Positions 1 to 8,227 of a DNA stretch of 64,000 nucleotides are shown here, piece by piece. Each line of letters begins with the position of its first letter. Within the stretch, counting starts at the first letter, position 1. This stretch comes from Hydrogenophaga sp. (GTDB lineage: Bacteria > Pseudomonadota > Gammaproteobacteria > Burkholderiales > Burkholderiaceae_C): contig JAUYSB010000187.1 in NCBI GenBank assembly GCA_030696525.1, positions 290-64,289 on the forward strand, in the 5' to 3' direction. Below the pieces are notes generated by a model. It worked only from the letters and a program-made list of their open reading frames with translations. It was not told the origin of the DNA and did not search any database. Made by a program: the position numbers and the translations under genes.

Positions 1-187
1 ATTGGTTCGGAGGCGAATGGATGCCGTCTTCCCGGGGGGCGAAGATTTCCTCGCCGAGCTGGATGCGTTCTTCCTGGCTCAGCGGCGCCAAAATGCACTC
101 TAGACTCATGATTCCATACTCTTTTTCCTCCTCCGCTGTTAGCGTGGGAAGTGGCGAGTCGCACGTGATTTTTTTGCTTTTGATCAT
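1..187 (-). CDS. Possible hypothetical protein, 5' part only (runs off the left edge)
   Basis: Open frame from ATG at 187: MIKSKKITCDSPLPTLTAEEEKEYG... to the window edge; no recognisable motif. Confidence 0.25.
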   Translation of the reverse strand, partial: MIKSKKITCDSPLPTLTAEEEKEYGIMSLECILAPLSQEERIQLGEEIFAPREDGIHSPPNQ

Positions 188-511
188 TTTTTGCTCGGTT
201 CCAGCGGTGACACCGATTTGAAAGAGAACTTCTAGGGTAATACGCCCGAAAAACCTCGGTCAGAGAGGTAGATTCATGCGGCCATCGCCAACAGTTTTTT
301 TGGGGTAATGACCTGCCACCCAAGACCATGGTTGGGAGTTCATAGTTGTACACACACATACATACAGTTGGTGGCGTACAGCCTGACCTCATCGAGGTCG
401 TGTCAACGGCACTGTGACGTTGATAGAGGCGAGGAGCAGTAGAGACAAGTCGAACGCTTTGAGCGCTGCGTGCGACTTACCGGCACCTTCAGTTCAAGGA
501 TGGCCACCCAG

Positions 512-1540
512 ATGTCACACGCCTTTGCCCTCGCTCCAATGGTTGCCCCCTACAAAGACAACACCGACCCGAACGAAAAAGTCGTCGCCTGGATAGACTG
601 GAAAGCCTTGATGCGCATCGTGGGCTAGGACATGGTGAGCCCGAGTGATGACGACAAGCGCCGCAATGAGCTGCTTCAACAACTGGTCAAGCGCGGGCAA
701 GGTGGCAGCCGCTTTGTCAAGGCGCCTTCACTCAATGCCGTTCATGCGCTGCACCAGCGTTTTCCCCACTTTGTGGAGGTGATTGACCACGTGCTGGGCG
801 AGTTGGCTCTGCTGGCTTCGTCGGGTGCGCGGCCACGCCGTTTGACGCCCCTGCTGCTGCTGGGCAATCCGGGTATTGGCAAAACCCGCTTTGTGCACGA
901 TCTCGCCACGGCGCTGGCTGTCCCCTTCACCGTGGTGCCCATGAACACGGCCACGGGCGGCTTTCTGCTCTCTGGACTGGACCGCTCATGGAGCGGCGCC
1001 AAACCGGGTATGGTGTTCGACATGCTCATGAACCACCGCTGCGTCAATCCGGTGGTGTTGCTCGACGAGCTCGAAAAGGCCCAACATGACGGCAAGTACG
1101 ACCCCTTGGCGCCGATGTACCAGTTGCTGGAAACCAGCACCGCGCGCCGCTTTGTGGATGAGTACGTACAGGTGCCGGTCAACGCGGGGCTGATCACTTG
1201 GGTGGCCACTGCCAACACCATCGACAAATTGCCTCCGGCCATCGTCTCCCGCCTGCGTGTGTTCGAAGTCAACACGCCCACCCCGCAACAGATGCGCCCG
1301 GTGGTGGATGGACTCTTGCAGACCTTGCGTCATGACGCCCCGGCACTGTCTCACGACGTCCCGTCTGAGGCATTGGATCGCCTGTGCCAGTTGACACCTC
1401 GCGCTGCCGCCAGCGCGTTGAGCATGGCAGCCGGTCGCGCTGCTCTGCGCGCACGCCTGGCCCGCCAAGGGCTGATTGAACTGCGTGTGTGTGACTTTGA
1501 GGCAGGGGCACCGCCGCGTCCACGCATGGGTTTTTACTGA
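512..1540 (+). CDS. Lon-like AAA+ ATPase without a protease domain; in-frame TAG at 626-628 (intact ORF 632-1540)
   Basis: Walker A GNPGIGKT, Walker B VVLLDELEK, WVATAN sensor, C-terminal RMGF. ATG at 512 with AAGGA upstream is in frame but interrupted by TAG. Confidence 0.8.
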
Positions 1541-1586
1541 GACCTGCTCGCTGGCGGGGGGCTAAAGCGCGCGGATATGCGCCGCT

Positions 1587-2999
1587 ATGATCTGCCTCGG
1601 TGCCACCTTCGGCACCCTGGCCGCACAGCGCGACATGACTTTTTGGACCGAATTGTTGGCGCAAATCCTGCGCGAATGTCTTCGCCGAATCTGGCTGGGA
1701 TCGGTGGTGGGCGCGGTGTTTGTCTGGCTGCTGCTCACCAGCAGCGCCTGGAAAGCGGCGTCCATCGCCATGGCCCATGCCGATATGGCCGCCAGCGCCT
1801 GGGTGGCTTCCGTGGTTCGCCGGCCTCCACCCACAGAGGTCATCACGGTAGGGATCGGCACCGATGCGTACCAAACTGAATTTGGCGGCCAATCCCCTTT
1901 GGACAGGCATGTGCTGGCGCGCCACGTCCAATCCCTGCTGGCCGCTCTGCCGACCCGCACCCTGCTGGTGATCGATCTTGACGTTAGCCCATCGCTCAAC
2001 ATCCCTTCTGAGCAAGGTGATGCACTGGACCGCCTCTGGGTCGCCAACGCCGGGCGCGTTGTGCTCTCACAGCCTGTACTCAACCCTGGCAGCGCCACTT
2101 CTGAATGGCAGCGTCTGTTGGAACACCAGGGCGTGGTGTTTGGCTCGCCTGCGATAGAGCGCTCATTTGGGCTGCTTGACCCTGGACACGACTACGCCGG
2201 ATCCTTGAGCGAAGTCGCTGTTCGGCGGCTTCACGCTGAGGGGGCAAAGGGCAACCTAAAGCCACCGAAGTCCACCAATCGAAGTGCATTGACCCCGGCC
2301 CTGCTTGCCGCCCCTGTGGTGCTGCCCCTGGGCGGATTTGACCTCGACACGCTCAGCGCGCTACAACCGCGAGCGGTGGTGTTCGGCGGCATGTGGCCCG
2401 GTGCCGACATCTTCGACACACCTTTTGGGCCCAGAAATGGCGCCGTGGTGCATGCCGCCAAACTGGCAGGCTACCTGAATGCAAGGCATACCCTGCCTTC
2501 GCTGGTGCAAGTGCTGGCGGCCATCCTCGCAGCTGCCATCTGCGTGACGGTGGCGCGCCGTGCAGCGCGCCGACTTGTGCCAGCCGGTGGATTGCCAGCC
2601 AACGATCCACTGACTCAGTTCGCCCGCAGTCAACTCAGGCGCCTGTGCGTCGTAGCGGTGGTTCTGCTTTGCCTGGTGGCATTGTTGCTGGTCACCGCTT
2701 TGCTGCGCCACCTGGGCTGGGGCTTGTCCAGCCTGATGCTGCTGGGGTTTTCACTGCTGTCGGTGGTGGGCGCATGGGTCAGCGACATCACACGTGATTT
2801 GCAGGACACCCCGCCACCAGTGGCTCCGGCGATCAAGTTCAATTGGAAGGCGGAGTTTTGGGCACCCGTCCGAGCTGCTTTTTCTGCGCCCGCGCCAGGG
2901 GCACCGGCCGGCTGGCGCCGTATCTTGCTGCTGCTCGCCTTTGTCACAGGCAGGATGTTGCTCCCTCTGGGTGCCATCATCTACCTGAGCACCCATTGA
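1587..2999 (+). CDS. CHASE2-domain membrane sensor with no cytoplasmic output domain
   Basis: N-terminal TM; CHASE2-like motifs (VITVGI, SPLDR..LA, VIDLD, DIFDTPFG..NGAVVHA); several C-terminal TM helices. Start could be ATG 1635. Confidence 0.7.
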   Translation: MICLGATFGTLAAQRDMTFWTELLAQILRECLRRIWLGSVVGAVFVWLLLTSSAWKAASIAMAHADMAASAWVASVVRRPPPTEVITVGIGTDAYQTEFGGQSPLDRHVLARHVQSLLAALPTRTLLVIDLDVSPSLNIPSEQGDALDRLWVANAGRVVLSQPVLNPGSATSEWQRLLEHQGVVFGSPAIERSFGLLDPGHDYAGSLSEVAVRRLHAEGAKGNLKPPKSTNRSALTPALLAAPVVLPLGGFDLDTLSALQPRAVVFGGMWPGADIFDTPFGPRNGAVVHAAKLAGYLNARHTLPSLVQVLAAILAAAICVTVARRAARRLVPAGGLPANDPLTQFARSQLRRLCVVAVVLLCLVALLLVTALLRHLGWGLSSLMLLGFSLLSVVGAWVSDITRDLQDTPPPVAPAIKFNWKAEFWAPVRAAFSAPAPGAPAGWRRILLLLAFVTGRMLLPLGAIIYLSTH

Positions 3000-3004
3000 A
3001 AACT

Positions 3005-3796
3005 ATGCATTTCAGCTGTCCGTACCTGCAAGTGTCGCTTTCCGTCGTGCTGGCGGTGGCCCTTGGCGGCCCCGCACGGGCGTTTTGTGTGGTGACAGGC
3101 ACCAGCGACGCCCGGGTTCGATACGGCGACCGCCTGCTCGCGCCTGTGGCCTGGGTGGATCACTGTGCCGATCTGCGCCTGGTGGCGGGGCAAGCACGAG
3201 CCGTGTGGACCACCGATACCGGGCACGGTGCCTCCGGCCCTGTGCTTGCAGACAGCCCACCGGTCGGCTACCCAAGCGAAGCGCGTCGCCACAACGGATC
3301 GACTCAACGCCTTCGCCAGTGGTGGGCGTCACTCGTGGGTGAGAGGCGCAGCACACTCGACGGCGCATTGCGCTCCCAGCTGATGCTGGAGGCGCCCATG
3401 CACGTCTACGTGCCGCCAGGGTCGCTGCGCTTGGGCTTGCCGTTGGAGGCCGAGCACCATTTGAAGCTCACCACCCAGTACGGTCGCCCCGTTTGGGAAG
3501 CCCATTTCCCCACAGGCACACCCGCCGCGATTGCAAGCCAATGGCTACCGCCCGAACAAGGTCGCGTGCTGTATTGGCAGCAATCCGGTGGACCCGGACA
3601 GCGCTGGGTGTTGATGCCGCTGCCAACCGATGCATCGAAGCAAGTGGCTAACGAGCTGTCTGCCAATGGTTTGCTCGATGCGCCCACCACTGCCGAGAGC
3701 GCCTTGGCCATGGCTCTCCTGTTCGAACGCAATGGCGCGGCTTTCAACGCAATTCTGGCGCTGCGCAGCCTGCTGCCGGCCGCGGGTCAACGCTGA
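3005..3796 (+). CDS. Secreted protein, DUF928-like
   Basis: Signal peptide (VSLSVVLAVALGGPARA); GALRS motif; C-terminal ALLFERNGAAFNAILAL resembles the DUF928 C-terminus; starts 5 bp after the CHASE2 gene. Confidence 0.5.
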   Translation: MHFSCPYLQVSLSVVLAVALGGPARAFCVVTGTSDARVRYGDRLLAPVAWVDHCADLRLVAGQARAVWTTDTGHGASGPVLADSPPVGYPSEARRHNGSTQRLRQWWASLVGERRSTLDGALRSQLMLEAPMHVYVPPGSLRLGLPLEAEHHLKLTTQYGRPVWEAHFPTGTPAAIASQWLPPEQGRVLYWQQSGGPGQRWVLMPLPTDASKQVANELSANGLLDAPTTAESALAMALLFERNGAAFNAILALRSLLPAAGQR

Positions 3797-5205
3797 GGAA
3801 CGGTTGGCATGCCTTTCATCAAAGCATCCAGCAAATCCTTCCCGACCCTCTGCAAGTCTTCTTGTGATCTGCCCTGTTCCAGGCTCACTTGGGCCAGATT
3901 GAGCCGAGCGCGGGTGTAGCCCGTTTGTGCAGCGGCTTCGAACAAGCTGCGGGCTCGCGCAACATCTCTGTCTACACCCCGGCCGCCGTAATACATCTCG
4001 CCCAACTCCGTCTGCGCGATCGCAAAACCCGACGCTGCGGCGCGCTGCAGCCACCGCACAGCCATGGTGTTGTTGGCACCACTGCGTCGCACCTGGGTAC
4101 TTGGCCCGGTGGTTTTGTCCAGGCCCTGACGGTATGCCAAACCCAAGGTGGTCATGGCCAAGACATTGCCCGCCTGAGCCTTGCGCTCGATCAACGGAAC
4201 TTCGTCACGGGTAAAGTGCTTGGTGCGCTGTTGAAGCTCCCAGTCCAGTTCGTTCCACTCCTGGACGGTCAGTCGATCGAACCATTGGGGCTCACTCTGC
4301 AGAGACCGGCTGCTAGCCACCGCGACCGGTTTCCCCGAGGGCCACCCACTGGGAGCCACCTTGACCCCATGGGGTGGAACGAAGAAAAATTCTTCGTTCA
4401 CGGACGACTCAAACCATGGGATTTGATCGTCTTTGGTGGCTTTGCGCACCGTTTCGCTCACCCGCTTGAACACCACCTCCAGCGGCAGACCGGGCTGTTT
4501 CAGGGCATCTGCCAAGGTCCGGGTGTAGAGACTGTTTTCTCCACTGCCATCGGCGGCGAGTTCACCCGGCGCAGTGGAATACGCAATCAACGTGCCGCGG
4601 GGGGATTGCACGGGCGCCCAGCCCTCCACCCTCCAGTTACGGTAACGAACCGGTTTTTCTGGCTCGAACGGGTTGTTGCGGCAAGCATCCATCACTACGA
4701 TGTTCAACGCCGACTTTGACAGCGACAAGTGCTCCAACAAAGTGGACAAAGCATAGGCGTTGAGGGGAACTGACTGCTCACGGTCCATCGGTGTGTCCAC
4801 CGGCATCAGGTAGTTTTTGCCTTGCACCTGCACACCATGCCCCGCGTAGTAAACCAGTGCCACCGAGTCTTTGGGCAGTCCCAGACCAAACTTCTCTACC
4901 GCTTGACGCATGTCTTGTCTCGACATGTCGGTTTTCTGCGTGACCACAAAGCCAAGATTGCGCAGTGTCTGAGCCATCAAGGCTGCATCGCGAACTGGAT
5001 TGAGCAAATCGCGAGCGCGCCCCGAGTAATCCGCGTTACCAATCACCAGTGCGTGATATGCCTGGCTTGCAGCCGCTGGCGAAGCGATAGGCGGAGACAC
5101 GGTGGTGGCCCTCGCCGTCCCCATGACCCAAAATAGCGCAAGTTCTATCCAAAGGCACCATACCATGGATATGGGATACGGCATTTTTGCAACGTCGAAT
5201 TTCAT
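3787..5205 (-). CDS. Exported caspase-family (peptidase C14) protease with C-terminal Sel1-like repeats
   Basis: ALVIGNADY, LLNPVRDA, catalytic His in YYAGHG and Cys in MDACRN; Sel1 repeats (AQTELGEMYYGGRGVDRD); hydrophobic N-terminal signal. Confidence 0.9.
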   Translation of the reverse strand: MKFDVAKMPYPISMVWCLWIELALFWVMGTARATTVSPPIASPAAASQAYHALVIGNADYSGRARDLLNPVRDAALMAQTLRNLGFVVTQKTDMSRQDMRQAVEKFGLGLPKDSVALVYYAGHGVQVQGKNYLMPVDTPMDREQSVPLNAYALSTLLEHLSLSKSALNIVVMDACRNNPFEPEKPVRYRNWRVEGWAPVQSPRGTLIAYSTAPGELAADGSGENSLYTRTLADALKQPGLPLEVVFKRVSETVRKATKDDQIPWFESSVNEEFFFVPPHGVKVAPSGWPSGKPVAVASSRSLQSEPQWFDRLTVQEWNELDWELQQRTKHFTRDEVPLIERKAQAGNVLAMTTLGLAYRQGLDKTTGPSTQVRRSGANNTMAVRWLQRAAASGFAIAQTELGEMYYGGRGVDRDVARARSLFEAAAQTGYTRARLNLAQVSLEQGRSQEDLQRVGKDLLDALMKGMPTVPQR

Positions 5206-5223
5206 GCGAACAAACTCGCGAAG

Positions 5224-5910
5224 TTGAATTCAGTATATTGCTTGTCCAACATCGCGAATCCAACGTTCGCTCTTCACACAACCACTACCCCTTCACCCCA
5301 CGTGAAGTCTATCGACCCCACCCCCGACGAGCTGCGCAACTTGCTTCAGCGGGTGGCCCGACGGGATGCTGCGGCGTTTGAGTCCATCGTCAAACGCTAT
5401 AACGGCCGATTGACGCGATACGCGTCATTCAAGCTGAACGATCCGCACGAAATCAACGACGTAATCAATGACACCCTGCTGGCCGTATGGGACAACCCCA
5501 CCGCGTACCAGTCTCAATCGGGCTTTTTCACCTATCTGATCAGCATCATGAACCGCAAAGTCGTCGACAAGTACCGGCAGAAAGGCCGGCAGATTGAGAC
5601 CTGGGTCGACGAATCCGGCGAATGGATGGACGACACCCCAAGCGGTGATGCGGAGACGGGACACGGAGACCCCGCTTTTTGGCTCCATCAATCGCAAGCC
5701 ATCCAACGCTTTGCAGATTGCAAAGACAAGCTTTCGCTCGAGCAGCAAGCAGTGTTGTTTTGGCTGTTTGAGATGGAAGCCACCGAAACCGAAGCGGCCG
5801 CACATTGCCAATGCCCCGTGGGCACAGTCAAATCACGCTATGCCGCAGCGCGCAACGCCATCAAGCGTTGTCTGATGGGCTGGCACCGACAAACAACAAG
5901 CCATGGCTGA
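5224..5910 (+). CDS. ECF-type RNA polymerase sigma factor
   Basis: Region 2 (DAAAFESIV...DVINDTLLAVW...FFTYLISI) and region 4 (CPVGTVKSR). True start may be GTG 5302. Confidence 0.9.
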   Translation: MNSVYCLSNIANPTFALHTTTTPSPHVKSIDPTPDELRNLLQRVARRDAAAFESIVKRYNGRLTRYASFKLNDPHEINDVINDTLLAVWDNPTAYQSQSGFFTYLISIMNRKVVDKYRQKGRQIETWVDESGEWMDDTPSGDAETGHGDPAFWLHQSQAIQRFADCKDKLSLEQQAVLFWLFEMEATETEAAAHCQCPVGTVKSRYAAARNAIKRCLMGWHRQTTSHG

Positions 5911-6559
5911 AATCCACACCGCCCAGCGCTTCGCGGATCAGCTGCCCTACCTGCTGAATGGAACGCTGGACGACAACGATGCGGCGTGGATGACCGATTA
6001 CCTGCAGAACCACCCCGAGGCCCAACAAGAATGGGCGTTGGCGGTGTCACTACGTCAAGCCAGCCTGGTCACCGAAGACCCCAGTGCCAACGAACTCCGG
6101 TGGCGAAGCCTGCGCCCCCACCTGGCCAACGTTGAAATGGCACCGGCAGCCCGAGCACTGTGGCAACGATTATGGAACTGGCGGTTACCTGCACCCGCCA
6201 TCGTCAGCGTGTGCCTTGCTGTGGCTATCGGCATGCTGTGGTGGCCCACCGTAGAAGCGCCTTCGCACCCCGAAAGTCGTGCACTTGAAGGGACTCCAGC
6301 CTCCATCGCCACCCCATGCCAACAGCAATGGCGTGCCCGCGTGGTCTTTGGGGAGCAGGTGTCTGTGCAGGAGGCCGCAATCCAAATACGGGCCGCTGGC
6401 GCAAGCCGGATCAGCCTGCCCACGCCATTGGGCGAATGGTGGCTGTATTGGGCCACGGAAGAGGGCAAGCGTTTGGGACTGCAGTCGCTTCAGAAGGGAC
6501 AAATGACAGAGTCCCTGCTCGCGCCGGGCACCGAAACCGACATCGGCTGTATTCGTTGA
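5903..6559 (+). CDS. Membrane-anchored anti-sigma factor
   Basis: Overlaps the sigma stop; N-terminal anti-sigma-like DQLPYLLNGTL (zinc ligands degenerate); single TM; C-terminal extracytoplasmic domain (RVVF...PTPLGEW). Confidence 0.8.
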   Translation: MAEIHTAQRFADQLPYLLNGTLDDNDAAWMTDYLQNHPEAQQEWALAVSLRQASLVTEDPSANELRWRSLRPHLANVEMAPAARALWQRLWNWRLPAPAIVSVCLAVAIGMLWWPTVEAPSHPESRALEGTPASIATPCQQQWRARVVFGEQVSVQEAAIQIRAAGASRISLPTPLGEWWLYWATEEGKRLGLQSLQKGQMTESLLAPGTETDIGCIR

Positions 6560-6579
6560 GATTGAGAAGGAACACTTTG

Positions 6580-7626
6580 ATGAACAGACCAAAATACCAT
6601 GCCCAAGCTGGAGTGCACCAATCCGTTGCATTTTGCCTATGGGTCGCCATCCTGTTTTTTGTCACTGTAAGCGGAGCGCAGGCAGAGTCCAAGGCGACAA
6701 CAAACCACGGGCGAAACGACTACACATCCCGGTTCACGAATGGTCTTGCTTTCCATCTCTCGCAACCCCTTGAAATAAAGGAAGGCAATCTTTGCAAACA
6801 AACAACGCAAAGATACCGGCAACAGTCGATGAGCATCAGCGTGACGGGATACCGAACCTGGGAGCCCGATTGCACAACGATAGAAGGAAAAATGACTGTC
6901 GTTGACAAGAACTTCAAAGAAGTACTACCGCCCGTGTGCGAGACCACATGGAACAACTTGACTGAACAAGCGAACAGCGCAGGCACCTACCAATTGGTGG
7001 CCTGCCGGTCAAACAAGCTATGGGGCGTCTTGAATCTCAAACAAGAATGGTTGTTTCCAGCAGAATACTCGAGCATCTCGTTCACGAGCGAACCAACGTA
7101 CGACTCAAAAACCTGGGAAGAGAATACGATCAATAGCTATCGCACTGGAAAACCCAAAAACAAGATCGGTACCGCTCGAAAAGCGCTCAGCGAGAATTAC
7201 TTCTTCAAAACTATGGTCGTTAACGACATTATTTTGTCGAATGGCACACTCACATTGGTGCCGCATGCCAAATACATCGAACCACAGTTCAATAACCCCT
7301 ACGCTTATCCTGTGATTGTGGCAACCAATTATCTTTTTAACGGCATAAGCAATATTGACCCGGACAACATCTGGGCGCCATTGATCGGAAAATATCCTTT
7401 TCATTTAATCGGCTTGATTGCCGGCATCAGCATCGCCGTGCTGGCTCGCTTCTATTTCAAAAGCAAGGGCTGGAACACGTTACAAATCGCGCTCGCAGCC
7501 CCCGCCACAGGCATCGTGGGTGGTGCCGCCACAGGGCTGGCAGCCTACGTGCTGTTTTGGGCAGCAGTGGCACTTTTCGCCGTGGCCATCGCAGGTGCAG
7601 TAATGACGGCGCTGGCGCGCAGATAA
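6580..7626 (+). CDS. Exported/membrane protein with a WG-repeat-like motif
   Basis: GAGAAGGA RBS before ATG 6580; signal/TM; KLWGVLNLKQEWLFPAEY is WG-repeat-like; C-terminal TM helices. Confidence 0.6.
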   Translation: MNRPKYHAQAGVHQSVAFCLWVAILFFVTVSGAQAESKATTNHGRNDYTSRFTNGLAFHLSQPLEIKEGNLCKQTTQRYRQQSMSISVTGYRTWEPDCTTIEGKMTVVDKNFKEVLPPVCETTWNNLTEQANSAGTYQLVACRSNKLWGVLNLKQEWLFPAEYSSISFTSEPTYDSKTWEENTINSYRTGKPKNKIGTARKALSENYFFKTMVVNDIILSNGTLTLVPHAKYIEPQFNNPYAYPVIVATNYLFNGISNIDPDNIWAPLIGKYPFHLIGLIAGISIAVLARFYFKSKGWNTLQIALAAPATGIVGGAATGLAAYVLFWAAVALFAVAIAGAVMTALARR

Positions 7627-7744
7627 GCTGGCTCCTCACTGTCAAAGAACATCCAGCAACGATCAGGCAAACACCCCTACAGCGACAAAAATCTCGCCGA
7701 ACTGCATATCGACCCACCCCAGTCAAAAAAACGAGCCAACGCTG

Positions 7745-8203
7745 ATGTCTGCACAAGAAACAATCACCAAGGATGGTGTTCGAACCACAAGGAATGGATC
7801 AATGTGCGCCTACTTACGCAGAGCAATTACGTTGTCCGTTCGATTTGCAACCAAAGACACCATCGTCCAGACACTGGAAGGCCCGGTGTCATGCGTGGAA
7901 GGCGATGCCATCGTGACAGGAATCAGAGGCGAAAATTGGCCAATCCAGCGCCCTCGCTTTCTTGCAACCTATCAACCCGCTACAGCCGATATGTCAATGG
8001 GCAGCGACGGCTTGTACCAGAGAATATCTTTTTCTGTCCAAGCACGCCAACTGGAAAAAGATGAGTCTTTGCCGTTGGGAGGTGGCCGTGGCACCTTGGC
8101 CGGAAGCCGTGGCGATTGGCTGGTTCAGGATGCAGAGGGAGATTGCTGGATTGTTGCAAATGGTATTTTTCAGGAAACTTACGAGCCACACAAAAACAAC
8201 TGA
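7745..8203 (+). CDS. PGDYG-domain protein
   Basis: TLEGPVSCVEGDAIVTGIRGENWPIQRPRFLATY plus a second internal copy GDWLVQDAEGDCWIVANGIFQETY. Confidence 0.75.
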   Translation: MSAQETITKDGVRTTRNGSMCAYLRRAITLSVRFATKDTIVQTLEGPVSCVEGDAIVTGIRGENWPIQRPRFLATYQPATADMSMGSDGLYQRISFSVQARQLEKDESLPLGGGRGTLAGSRGDWLVQDAEGDCWIVANGIFQETYEPHKNN

Positions 8204-8227
8204 CAACACCATTCCGAGAGATGCAGA

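Noticed and set aside
346-367. Possible LexA box (ttgtacacacacatacatacag)
   Set aside because: Does not fit CTGT-N8-ACAG spacing.
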